Positions 52,949 to 61,886 of a DNA stretch of 64,000 bases are shown in pieces. Numbering within the stretch: position 1 is the first letter of the stretch; the number at the start of each line of letters is the position of its first letter. The translations under genes and the position numbers were made by a program. This DNA comes from a virus. The notes under the pieces were generated by a model that saw nothing but the letters and a program-made list of their open reading frames with translations, was not told the origin of the DNA and ran no database searches. The stretch is taken from positions 51,641 to 115,640 of IMG/VR virus record IMGVR_UViG_3300046542_000291. One strand, 5' to 3'.

Positions 52949-52957
52949 GTAATATAG
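52949..52957 (-). promoter_or_regulatory. conserved promoter-like motif CTATATTAC
   Basis: Flank shared with the copy at 34892. Confidence 0.5.
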
Positions 52958-52995
52958 ATTTCAAATAAAATGGAGTAAAAAAGAAACGGAATAAA

Positions 52996-53015
52996 GCCTC
53001 TCCCGAAGGAGAGGC
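52996..53015 (-). terminator. UUCG-loop hairpin GCCTCTCC-CGAA-GGAGAGGC
   Basis: Hairpin family; after the stop of 53046..53387. Confidence 0.55.
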
Positions 53016-53045
53016 AATATCTTTAGATGTCAGGACGAACGTCCA

Positions 53046-53387
53046 TCACACCCAATCTTCTTCGCGACCAGCACCGGTGCCAATATCTTGACTACCGATC
53101 TCTTCGCAGCCGATACCTTCACCGACTCCATGATCCATCTCTTTCATGTTACACTCCCATGCCTCATCGGCTTTTAATTCAGCAACAGTAATCAAACCCC
53201 ATTGCCGTCGTGGATTCCCCCACAACCGACACCGAAAGCAACTGCAGTTAAAGGCATTACGTTTCCGTAAGCGCCCAGGCACTGCAACGACCTCCCCAAC
53301 ACGGGCTTTGTAAATCTGCATGTGTTTATGCACAACCCGATCATTGTGGTGTTGGCGCAGTTGTGCGAGAGATTTGTTACTTGACAT
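53046..53387 (-). CDS. Cys-rich hypothetical protein (113 aa)
   Basis: CSCFRC...C..W pattern suggests a small zinc-binding module. Confidence 0.5.
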   Translation of the reverse strand: MSSNKSLAQLRQHHNDRVVHKHMQIYKARVGEVVAVPGRLRKRNAFNCSCFRCRLWGNPRRQWGLITVAELKADEAWECNMKEMDHGVGEGIGCEEIGSQDIGTGAGREEDWV

Positions 53388-53435
53388 GCTTGTTCCTCAA
53401 CACGAGCCTACAGCACAACGCTGTAGGCTATCGTA

Positions 53436-53903
53436 TCAAGAAGCTTTGCCCCATTGCGAGATGTTCCATACTGCGAGCTCCTCGGCGGTCATGTCGATGG
53501 TTTCATAAGGTTTGTCAACCATCTCCGTCCAAAGGGTTGGGTTCAGCCAAATCCCCCGGTCTTCGAAGACGTTGTTCCCTTTATCGGCCCAGTTCTGAAG
53601 AAGCCGTTTGCGGTATTGCCACGGCATCAACTTGTACCAGACCTTGTTGAACCATTCCACAGTAATAGGCCATTCATCAAGGCGATCCCGTGGAATAGCT
53701 AACATCACCTGGGTGTGCCAACTCAAGTTGATACTCGCGCGAACTGGCCCGGGTTGTGCCCCAATCAACTTACGGCACATTCTCTGGACAACGTACATGA
53801 ACTTGTTCAACCGCACTTCATCGAGGAAGATGAAATTGGAGAGATCCCCGACACCACGTTCCCGTACGATTGCTGTCAACCTTTCCCGTTCGGTCAGTTG
53901 CAT
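53436..53903 (-). CDS. hypothetical Trp-rich protein (155 aa)
   Basis: ORF-track ORF. Confidence 0.55.
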   Translation of the reverse strand: MQLTERERLTAIVRERGVGDLSNFIFLDEVRLNKFMYVVQRMCRKLIGAQPGPVRASINLSWHTQVMLAIPRDRLDEWPITVEWFNKVWYKLMPWQYRKRLLQNWADKGNNVFEDRGIWLNPTLWTEMVDKPYETIDMTAEELAVWNISQWGKAS

Positions 53904-54036
53904 CTTAGACCTTTCCTTTATTCAGCTTTGTGGTTTTGAACAACCACGTTATTGAGGGTGACCCCAATACCCGCTGTGACGAACGTACCTACCACCAGAG
54001 CGACGGTAAAGAATGCAGCGCGAACTACTTTCCGGT

Positions 54037-54357
54037 TCATACGTAAATCACCTCGAGCTTGTTGCCACCCCATTTAGCACGAAAGACATGCCGTCCGTAC
54101 TTCCACGGGTGTGGGTAGTTCTCGATCGTGATGGAGATAGTTGGTTCATCTTCCACCAGTTCTTGAACTTTCTGCAACACCTCACCGATTGCTCGGTGAG
54201 GATACACAGGTACGTAATTGCTCAGGTCTTCCTTGTGACGAATCACGACGGTGTTTTTGCCCAGGTAAAGGTGGTACGGAAACATCAGTCCCCATACCAA
54301 ACTACCCAAGGTCATTGCCGCCACTTCTTCCCACAGTGGTCTTTTAGGGCGATGCAT
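54037..54357 (-). CDS. hypothetical protein (106 aa)
   Basis: ORF-track ORF; N-terminal hydrophobic segment. Confidence 0.5.
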   Translation of the reverse strand: MHRPKRPLWEEVAAMTLGSLVWGLMFPYHLYLGKNTVVIRHKEDLSNYVPVYPHRAIGEVLQKVQELVEDEPTISITIENYPHPWKYGRHVFRAKWGGNKLEVIYV

Positions 54358-54360
54358 GGT

Positions 54361-55704
54361 TTAGATCCCGTTGGCACCACACGACTTCAGTACGGACTGA
54401 AGGGTGGCATTGGTGGTTGACCCGCGTTCAAAGATTGCAATGCGGAAGTGTTTGCTCAGCTCGGTGAGTACATCATCCAGCTTGGTAGCCGGATAGAGAT
54501 TGTTGCCACCGTCTGGGAGTTGCTGCATGAACACGGCGTCCTCTTTGATCCCCACGCCGCCGACCAGATAATTACAGATCTGTTGCACGAGGGCCGTTTT
54601 ACCGGAGTGAGGAGCCGCGACGATTGCGATGTTGGTGACGCCATGTGCGAGGTCGCGGACGGGGGCTGGATAGACGCGCATGGCTTCGTCCAAAGGGAGT
54701 GGGCGTGCCGGATCTACCGAGAATCGCTGAACGATACGGTGCTCACTCACAATGTACTCTTTGGTGGGAACATAGTTCTTCACCGATTCCATCAGAGCAT
54801 CACGACCCATCAAGCCAATGTCAGCTTGCAGATCCTGGGCCACTACTTCAAAACCAGCGTCGCTCAGCATGTGTGCCAGCTTCGCCGACAAAGCCGTTTT
54901 ACCCGAACCCGTTTCACCGGTGATGATGATAGCCACTTGTTGCTTTTCTTTTGGCTTCTCTTCAACCACACGTCGCGCCACTGGAGCAGCCAACGCACGG
55001 ATTTGCATCCGACTGACCTGAACAAGGCCAGCCGACATGACGAACGGATCGCTACCACTGTAGAGCAGGATCAAATCACCCGCTTCCATCTTGCGCCCAC
55101 GGGGCTCACCACCTGGATGACTCGCCGGTGGATGCCCACCATTGAAGTACCACACACCTTCCCATTGTGTCAACGTTTTCGAATCGACCCAGTTGGTAAA
55201 TGTAGCCACAGCGTTGGTAGTAACACCAATACCCACATGGCCTTCTTCGTCGTTGAAGTAGACACCTTCATAGGAATGCTCCAGTGCGTCAGTGATTTTG
55301 ATAGCCGTGTGATTAGCACGCTTGTCTTCTGGCGAAGTGATCGAGAACTTGGCGTTAGCCCTTGAACGACTGTAGTGTTCTGGATCACCGTCGGGCTCAC
55401 TGAGGATCAACACATCCCCAACATAAACCTGGATGTTTCGGGTGGACCCCTGACTGTTGATGAGGCGGGCGTATACGCTGAACTCACGCCCGCCATGGAG
55501 GGCAAAGAACTCCAGACGATAGACTTTCTGCAACACAGCAAACAGCGCTTCAGCCGCAGCGCTGGTGTATGCCAGTTCCACCACCGCTTTACCCTCAAAC
55601 ACCGAGACGGCTTTGATGAGTGCCCCTTCCATCGTTACAGCTTTGGCGTCAGATGGACGATGCTGTTCGATGCGGATACACGGAAACTTAATTGGGTTTT
55701 GCAT
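54361..55704 (-). CDS. P-loop NTPase-domain protein with two Walker-A motifs (447 aa)
   Basis: GETGSGKTAL and APHSGKTAL in the C-terminal half; beta-rich N-terminal half; no specific family recognised. Confidence 0.6.
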   Translation of the reverse strand: MQNPIKFPCIRIEQHRPSDAKAVTMEGALIKAVSVFEGKAVVELAYTSAAAEALFAVLQKVYRLEFFALHGGREFSVYARLINSQGSTRNIQVYVGDVLILSEPDGDPEHYSRSRANAKFSITSPEDKRANHTAIKITDALEHSYEGVYFNDEEGHVGIGVTTNAVATFTNWVDSKTLTQWEGVWYFNGGHPPASHPGGEPRGRKMEAGDLILLYSGSDPFVMSAGLVQVSRMQIRALAAPVARRVVEEKPKEKQQVAIIITGETGSGKTALSAKLAHMLSDAGFEVVAQDLQADIGLMGRDALMESVKNYVPTKEYIVSEHRIVQRFSVDPARPLPLDEAMRVYPAPVRDLAHGVTNIAIVAAPHSGKTALVQQICNYLVGGVGIKEDAVFMQQLPDGGNNLYPATKLDDVLTELSKHFRIAIFERGSTTNATLQSVLKSCGANGI

Positions 55705-55730
55705 GGATCACCTTGTTAAGGAATGAATGG

Positions 55731-56534
55731 TTACTCGGCAGCTTTCAATTCACTACCAGGTTCGATTATGAGCCATCCGAACGTGTCCGTGCGGAGATCT
55801 TCTGTGTCGCGTCTTGCGCCATTGAATGGATTGTAGAACCAGGCAACCGTAGGGAATGTGCACCGGAAGATATCTACGGTCCAGCCACTGTCCATCTTCG
55901 ATCCAGTGTGTGGATGAAAGGCAAGCTTAGCCCCATGGATATCGCGCTTCTCCGGATAGATCTTACCGCCGTTGGCAACGATTTCCTCACGCTTGCATTT
56001 CTTCATGAGGTCGTTGAAAGGCATGCCCGAGTCGGCGGCGCAGATACGTACGTCGACAACAATACCGCGTTCCACCAGGCGTTGAATTTGATCAACCACA
56101 CGCACTTCGGTGTAGTCGATATTCAAATCATCGTCAAGTGAAGTAATGATGATGCGTGCTGGATCAACGTCGAGTTTCATCAACTCCAGCTTAACGTACT
56201 CCATAAGAGTACTCTTGCCAGTATTTGGTAATCCGATCGAGAAGAGACTCATCTGACTGCGAACTGACGGCTGCAACACCACCGATGGACGGATACGGTG
56301 ATCCGGTTTGTCAACGTCAGCCTGGAACAGCCCCATCGACAAACCATGTTCGCTGAACCGGAAGTTCATCCCGCGCAAACGACCCATGTCAGCGATGTTC
56401 TCATCCCCGATCGCAGTTACGCCGAAATTGACGGTCAAACCTGCTTCACGCAGCTTCTTGGTGATCCAGGCAGCGAAGTGACCTTTACCATGGCCAACAT
56501 GTGCGCTAATGATCAACGTTACTTTATTTTCCAT
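55731..56534 (-). CDS. P-loop protein with tandem nucleotide-binding motifs, possible nucleoside/nucleotide kinase (267 aa)
   Basis: ISAHVGHGKGH and GLPNTGKSTL (Walker A) about 100 aa apart. A kinase role in the nucleotide/NAD context is inference only. Confidence 0.6.
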   Translation of the reverse strand: MENKVTLIISAHVGHGKGHFAAWITKKLREAGLTVNFGVTAIGDENIADMGRLRGMNFRFSEHGLSMGLFQADVDKPDHRIRPSVVLQPSVRSQMSLFSIGLPNTGKSTLMEYVKLELMKLDVDPARIIITSLDDDLNIDYTEVRVVDQIQRLVERGIVVDVRICAADSGMPFNDLMKKCKREEIVANGGKIYPEKRDIHGAKLAFHPHTGSKMDSGWTVDIFRCTFPTVAWFYNPFNGARRDTEDLRTDTFGWLIIEPGSELKAAE

Positions 56535-56552
56535 TTTGTATCTCCGACATAA

Positions 56553-56572
56553 GGCCTCCCCGAAGGGAGGCG
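56553..56572 (-). terminator. UUCG-loop hairpin GCCTCCC-CGAA-GGGAGGC between thyA-like gene and the next gene (terminator or attenuator/processing site)
   Basis: Hairpin family. Only 18 nt before the RBS of 55731..56534, so read-through is probably needed for the downstream gene. Confidence 0.45.
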
Positions 56573-56578
56573 GTACGT

Positions 56579-57952
56579 TTAAACTGCCACTGGAGCAGGG
56601 ATATGGGGATGGCTATCGTAACCGACCAATTTAAAGTCGTTGATATCCATGTCCAGAACATCACGCTTATTCGGATTTATCCAAATAGTGCACGGCTGTT
56701 TTGGTGTACGGGTTTGTTGCAGAGCCACCTGGTCCATGTGGTCCAGATAGATGTGGGCATCACCAACTTGATGAATCAGTTCTTCAGCCCAGTAGTTGCA
56801 CTCATGAGCCAACAGGTGAGTGAGAATCGAGTACTGGGTGAGATTGAAGGGCGCGCCCAAAAAGATGTCATTGGAACGCATCCAGAACAAACACTTCAAT
56901 GCACGACGTGGAACCTTCATGCTGTCGAGGTCGAGGTGTTGTTCCTCTTCGGTGCGGTCAGGAAAGCGGAGCATCTTGCTGAGGTTCATGTACATACCGT
57001 ACAGAGGCTCCTCAGGATGGTCTGCTGCCTGTTTGTAGATCTCGGCCTGGTGACGATCATGGATCTTGTCGTAGATCGCCCAGCGCTCTTCCAGGGACAG
57101 CACACGGGTCCAGAACTGAACCATGGCATGGCATGGCGGCAGGGCTTGTTGATCCACGTAAGCCGGATTCCAGAAACACAGAATGTGACGTCGGGAGTCA
57201 GGGCTGTTCTTCAGCGAGTGCTGCAGATCTTTAAACTGGTCGATGGTTCGGGTAATGATGAACTTACCCTTGTTCCGGCAAAGCTTCTTGTAACCCAGCT
57301 TCTGCATCTCCGGCCATTCTTTTGGCGAGATAACGCGGGTGTCTTCCAGGTTACGGATCATCTTGCCGTAAACGTGACCCAGAGGACCTTCAGTCACTTC
57401 CTGGTCGGAAATACCAATGTGGCGGAAGAAGTCCTTCCACAACGGATGTTCCTTGTCATCGTGCATTGCCTGGGCATTGTCCGTCGACGTCTCGATCAAA
57501 TAGTTCGGGATCATCTTGTCGCTACCAGGCACTTCAGTGTAGTTGACGTAAGAATGAAACTTCTCGCCAACATTACCAAAGTGAATACCCGCAGGATAAC
57601 CCTTCAGTTCGATCTCACCCCAACCGAAGTGCTTGCGCTTGTATTGCTTGCGCATTTCAGCCGCAGTACGAGGACGGTACTTGGCCCCTTCTGGCTTGAC
57701 CCAGTCATCCCAGATGCCACAGTTGTTGTCTTTCAGGTACTTGACGTTGGTGTCGCCGGAGAGCACCCACTTGAGTTCGACCTTGTTGTCGTTCTCAGGT
57801 ACGAACTTTGTCGTTGGTCTGGCTACGGTCCAGTCGGAGATGTCGTAGCGATGCATGGCGCCGAAGCTGGAGATCGTTCCTGTATTGGTCCGGTCCCCCT
57901 TGGCCACGCCGTGCTTCAAAGTGTTTTCCTGGTACTGAAGGTATTGATGCAT
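56579..57952 (-). CDS. thyA: thymidylate synthase-family enzyme with two large insertions (ThyA or dUMP/dCMP hydroxymethylase-type), 457 aa
   Basis: GDRTNTGT N-terminal motif, catalytic LPPCH, DIFLGAPFN...YSILTHLLAHEC block, and C-terminal HPHIPAPVAV. About 90-aa and 85-aa insertions relative to 264-aa E. coli ThyA. Confidence 0.85.
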   Translation of the reverse strand: MHQYLQYQENTLKHGVAKGDRTNTGTISSFGAMHRYDISDWTVARPTTKFVPENDNKVELKWVLSGDTNVKYLKDNNCGIWDDWVKPEGAKYRPRTAAEMRKQYKRKHFGWGEIELKGYPAGIHFGNVGEKFHSYVNYTEVPGSDKMIPNYLIETSTDNAQAMHDDKEHPLWKDFFRHIGISDQEVTEGPLGHVYGKMIRNLEDTRVISPKEWPEMQKLGYKKLCRNKGKFIITRTIDQFKDLQHSLKNSPDSRRHILCFWNPAYVDQQALPPCHAMVQFWTRVLSLEERWAIYDKIHDRHQAEIYKQAADHPEEPLYGMYMNLSKMLRFPDRTEEEQHLDLDSMKVPRRALKCLFWMRSNDIFLGAPFNLTQYSILTHLLAHECNYWAEELIHQVGDAHIYLDHMDQVALQQTRTPKQPCTIWINPNKRDVLDMDINDFKLVGYDSHPHIPAPVAV

Positions 57953-58245
57953 CGTATTTCCCTAGTAGTTCTGTAACAGCAAAATTGGAATTGCGGAGGC
58001 TATACGAATTGATGAGTGCACCCAAGGCAGCAGCCATCGACACTTGATCCGGTAGCCCAATGAAACCTTTTGGTGCCTCCATCAACCAAGGCCTGACGCG
58101 CCTGAAAGGAGGCATGCAATAAAAGCCATCGATGTCTGTGTAAGGCTTAGGGGCCTCAAGGCAACGATAACTGATAAGGTACTTCTTTACAGGACCAGGT
58201 AAGGCCCACGGGGTTTGTCGCCGTTCATAGCACATCGCGGCACCT

Positions 58246-58818
58246 TTAAACGAAGCCACCTACCTGCAGGACGGCGTAGGGGATGATGATTGCTTCTGGG
58301 TCCATACCCGAACGCTCGAAGTACAACAGCGCTGGGAAGTCATGGTCCTTCGGAATCGTAGCCAAACTACCCGGCAGATTAGCGTCGTCAAACGCTTGGT
58401 CCAGACCAATACGGTCATTGACCCGATAAGTCCATGGAGCCATCTTGATGAAGTGGACTTTCTTTGGAGTTTCCACTTCCAGGTCCATCGCCAGGGTTGC
58501 CCCTTTTGGCAGTGGCCGAAGCTTGGTCAGCAACCAGGTACCCAGATGAAGATCCAGGGTCAGGTAAGCTGCCATCTGATCACCGTCAGCGAAACGCTGG
58601 AAGATGGTCACAGTAAAGCGTCCGTCGGCGCTTGTAGTGCCACCACGGACGTAATAGTCATTGGAGGCCAGTGGCATGCCACGAAGATAAACGCCAGCCT
58701 CTGAGAGCTTCACAGACTTGTCACGGATACCATCAACACCAGCGGACGCATCCAGTGGCATAGAAACTTGTAAAGTGCGCGCTTTGGTAGTGGCGTCGCA
58801 TTCAGTGCAGCAAGCCAT
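58246..58818 (-). CDS. hypothetical protein (190 aa)
   Basis: ORF-track 58246..58872 trimmed to ATG with AAGGAGG RBS. Confidence 0.55.
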   Translation of the reverse strand: MACCTECDATTKARTLQVSMPLDASAGVDGIRDKSVKLSEAGVYLRGMPLASNDYYVRGGTTSADGRFTVTIFQRFADGDQMAAYLTLDLHLGTWLLTKLRPLPKGATLAMDLEVETPKKVHFIKMAPWTYRVNDRIGLDQAFDDANLPGSLATIPKDHDFPALLYFERSGMDPEAIIIPYAVLQVGGFV

Positions 58819-58872
58819 TGGGGCCTCCTTGCTAAAAGAAAAGGATGAAAGGGGGAGCCAGGCTCCCCGCAT

Positions 58873-59613
58873 TCAATATTTGCCGTGGATGTGGAAGATC
58901 AAGCTGATGTTCTCATCGTGACGCAGAGCGATCAGGCCGTGTTCCAGTTCGTAGGTTTGCTTGTCCATGTCGAATGTGATGAACGTGTGGTCCATCGCAG
59001 CGTCGATACGGAAGCGCGCTTTACGTGCATCATCGCTGGCAACCGGAACAACCTGGATGTCATTGATCAGCGTGGTGCCTTCAAAGACACCTGTCGCCGT
59101 AACACGTTCGATAGTAGCTTGCTCATGGGGCTCGATGAAACGAGTTTCCCCCACCAGCACACTGCCGTCGATGGTGAGCTGCCGACGCAGTTCGTCATTG
59201 CCGCGATTCTCTGGCAACCGCATGGGTTCCAGGATGAGGTTGACCTGTGCGGTCTTTGGTCCGTTGTGCATTTGGTTGATGTTCTCGCTTGGTTCCACTT
59301 CTACCAACTTTTCCGGGAAGCATGCGCTAACACTAATGCACATCTCGACACCATGTATATTGAATACATAGTTGTCTTTTGCAAACCAGGCACTCTCCGA
59401 CTTATGAATCACATCGGGGTAAATTGGATCGTCGAACATGTTCAGGAAGGTGACTCCCGAAAGGCCGGTAATGATCCAGCCCTCGGGAATGTTACTGGTG
59501 TTGACAACGGCACCGTCACGGGTAATGTCTACCGGGTAGGTGACCAACTGAGCCAGCAGGTTGGTGTGTGGGTGATACACAACATCAAGACGGTGGTTCT
59601 CGGGCTCTTGCAT
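58873..59613 (-). CDS. hypothetical protein (246 aa)
   Basis: ORF-track ORF. Confidence 0.6.
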   Translation of the reverse strand: MQEPENHRLDVVYHPHTNLLAQLVTYPVDITRDGAVVNTSNIPEGWIITGLSGVTFLNMFDDPIYPDVIHKSESAWFAKDNYVFNIHGVEMCISVSACFPEKLVEVEPSENINQMHNGPKTAQVNLILEPMRLPENRGNDELRRQLTIDGSVLVGETRFIEPHEQATIERVTATGVFEGTTLINDIQVVPVASDDARKARFRIDAAMDHTFITFDMDKQTYELEHGLIALRHDENISLIFHIHGKY

Positions 59614-60323
59614 CAGTCGAGTCTCGGTTTGAGGAAGATGGCTTTCGCCGCCCCCACGGCTTGAATGTGATCGAACAGAGCGCTGTTGCCAACGTTCTGC
59701 AAGACCTGCAGTTGTTCTTCGTTGATGGGTGAACCATTCCAGTTGAACCCAGCACGATCCTTGATGTCCCAGAAGGTTTCCAGGAGACGGTTAGGGATCA
59801 AATGCACACAGTGAATAGTAAGCACTTTCTCCGTGGTCGGAAAACGACGAAGGTAGTTGGTATCCTGCGCATGGAGCGTAGTCCCCACAACAATGGTTTC
59901 TACGTTCTCTTCCAACACATTAAGAGGAGTCTCGTAAAACTCCCCACCGCGTGTTTCGTACCGACAGCGATAACTGGCCAAAACGTCTTTGTTAACGTAA
60001 CGGATGTAGTCCTGGATCGGGGTTCCCGTTCCGTCATCCATGGTGCTCTTGGCCTGGATTTCTTCGGTCGTGTTCAGCGCCATGCGCAGCACGTCGAATG
60101 TGTCTTGGCCGGTCATGGTGATAGCCGTGAAGGCGAACTGAATTTTGACGAGTTCCTTGGAATCTTTGAACGCATCTTCCGGCGCATACAGAATGTGCTG
60201 GGCGAAGGTGTCTTGGATTTCGTAGATTTCGCTATCGTTCATCGACACCTCCTTCGTCAGGCGTGCCAAGTTCAGGAATTCACCAACAGGATTATTGCGA
60301 ATCCCAGCGAAGAGTTCAATCAT
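59613..60323 (-). CDS. hypothetical protein (236 aa)
   Basis: ORF-track ORF. Confidence 0.6.
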   Translation of the reverse strand: MIELFAGIRNNPVGEFLNLARLTKEVSMNDSEIYEIQDTFAQHILYAPEDAFKDSKELVKIQFAFTAITMTGQDTFDVLRMALNTTEEIQAKSTMDDGTGTPIQDYIRYVNKDVLASYRCRYETRGGEFYETPLNVLEENVETIVVGTTLHAQDTNYLRRFPTTEKVLTIHCVHLIPNRLLETFWDIKDRAGFNWNGSPINEEQLQVLQNVGNSALFDHIQAVGAAKAIFLKPRLD

Positions 60324-61087
60324 TGTTTACCGCCTTGAAGGAGGGTGAGTTTAGGGGGACCCTTATAACGCGAAGGGCCTTTGAATACAGGGGTGGTTGG
60401 AAGATCACCGAAGTCCAGCAATGGGCTTGGCATTTCCAGAGCCGCGGAGAGGAAGTCTTCTTCCGTCCCAGTGAAGCCTTTTGCACGGGCCAGGTCGTAA
60501 GCCGACATGTGGTCACCCTTCGAGGCAACCTGCGTAGTGCGTTCTTCGAGCGATGGACGCTTCATCAACGCATCCCGCACCTGACCAGCCTTTTCACGGA
60601 AAGTCGCAGTGAACTTTTTCGGATAAACGTCGTTCGCTGCACCCGGTCCCATGAACGGTGGGTTACCAATGTCGTCTTTCTGCTCCGGGGTGAATACCGG
60701 AAACAGGTCCAGCGGAATACCACCGTTGTTAGCCATCATCTCCAGTTCCGCTTCCACCCCAGGGAACGGCGCCAGAGTTGTGTGCATTTCGTCCAGTGGA
60801 ACTTGAACGGCCAGCAGAGAATGCCAAGGGGCTTCCACCTGTTGTACGACACCACCAGATTTGCAGCTGAAACTGAAACCTTCGTCGGTGTACTTCAGGT
60901 CACGAATGGCCTGCATCGACATGTTGATTACAGAAACCCCGGTGTCATCACAGACGGAGTTCAGGTATGCGTTGTCGGAATCCCAGGCACGAATCACTAC
61001 GTTCATGCGCCCGAAACCGTTCTCACCAAACCACTCGTAAAAAGCGTTCAGGATGACGTGGTTCAGCGAGGTCAAAGGCTTGCTCAT
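60320..61087 (-). CDS. SspB-like ClpXP adaptor homologue (255 aa)
   Basis: N-terminal 110 aa align to stringent-starvation-protein-B substrate-binding domain: LNAFYEWFGENG, VINMSMQAIRDL, FSCKSGG, VPLDEM vs E. coli LRAFYEWLLDN, VLNIAPRAVGNL, FNARFGG. Followed by a long flexible acidic/Pro-rich tail. Confidence 0.6.
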   Translation of the reverse strand: MSKPLTSLNHVILNAFYEWFGENGFGRMNVVIRAWDSDNAYLNSVCDDTGVSVINMSMQAIRDLKYTDEGFSFSCKSGGVVQQVEAPWHSLLAVQVPLDEMHTTLAPFPGVEAELEMMANNGGIPLDLFPVFTPEQKDDIGNPPFMGPGAANDVYPKKFTATFREKAGQVRDALMKRPSLEERTTQVASKGDHMSAYDLARAKGFTGTEEDFLSAALEMPSPLLDFGDLPTTPVFKGPSRYKGPPKLTLLQGGKQ

Positions 61088-61099
61088 GTTTACTCCTAG

Positions 61100-61348
61100 T
61101 TAGTTATGTTCTTCAACTGTAGGCTCAAGAATCCACTTGAAGGGAATACCGAGTCTATCGACGTACCCCAAAAGGGTTTCCAAACGTACAGCCCCGTCTT
61201 CGCGGTTTACTTTGAGGCGGCTATAAGTCTCCCTGCTAATGCAGAGAAGACTGGCCATTTGCTTGCCGTACAGGCGGTGCTTCTTTTGGTAACTAAACAC
61301 GGCATCGATCAGCATCTGCTTCACTGCCGGGATTTGGTCACTCAACAT
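61100..61348 (-). CDS. small HTH (XRE/Cro-like) transcriptional regulator (82 aa)
   Basis: MASLLCISRETYSRLK matches a helix-turn-helix. Confidence 0.5.
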   Translation of the reverse strand: MLSDQIPAVKQMLIDAVFSYQKKHRLYGKQMASLLCISRETYSRLKVNREDGAVRLETLLGYVDRLGIPFKWILEPTVEEHN

Positions 61349-61388
61349 ATTTGGAACCCCAGTATATTTACGAGATTGTATTCAACGT

Positions 61389-61397
61389 TGTAATGTA
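61389..61397 (-). promoter_or_regulatory. variant of the promoter-like motif (CTACATTAC), 41 nt upstream of the HTH gene
   Basis: One mismatch to CTATATTAC; not preceded by a UUCG hairpin. Confidence 0.3.
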
Positions 61398-61621
61398 GAC
61401 TTGAAACTTTTTGCGTTAATTCTTGCGGAACAGGCCCAACATACCGGCGACAGCGCCGAGCATAATGAGGCTACCGATAGCCATCAGACCGTATTGAAAG
61501 AAGTCGTGCATTGTTCACCCGATTGGATAATGGAAGAGGCCGAAGATACCGGCCAAGGTTAGGACAACCCCGAGAACGTAAACGTCACCGCCGGGGTATT
61601 TGTATGGGTTAAAGCAGCCAT

Positions 61622-61870
61622 TCAGGACGACACACAGTACACCCGCAAAGAAGCAGACCAATGAAAGCTGGAACATTCGATATTCACCAAGTAGCCCGAG
61701 ATAGCGAAGAGGGCAACAGCCGCCCCCATCAAGTAATAAGAGAACGTTCGTAATTCTTTTAGTTCGTTACGCCCATCATCTCCGTGAGAAGTTACTACCC
61801 AGAAGACCATCCCGAAACACAGGCAGATTACCCCGGTGGAAAACATTAGAGCTGTCCAGTTAATATCCAT
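61622..61870 (-). CDS. small membrane protein (82 aa; frame near the 3' end uncertain)
   Basis: ORF-track ORF. An alternative overlapping frame also encodes a hydrophobic peptide, so there is a possible frameshift or two small genes. Confidence 0.4.
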   Translation of the reverse strand: MDINWTALMFSTGVICLCFGMVFWVVTSHGDDGRNELKELRTFSYYLMGAAVALFAISGYLVNIECSSFHWSASLRVYCVSS

Positions 61871-61886
61871 GTTTAGTCTCTAATAA

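Noticed and set aside
56579-57952. Group I intron inside the thymidylate-synthase gene, as in T4 td
   Set aside because: The ORF is continuous, with all ThyA motifs in one frame and no internal stops or structured gap; the extra length is in-frame insertions.
57795-58259. 154-aa minus-strand ORF in the track
   Set aside because: It overlaps the thyA-like gene by ~160 nt and has low-complexity Arg/Leu/His-rich sequence; treated as a noncoding leader instead.
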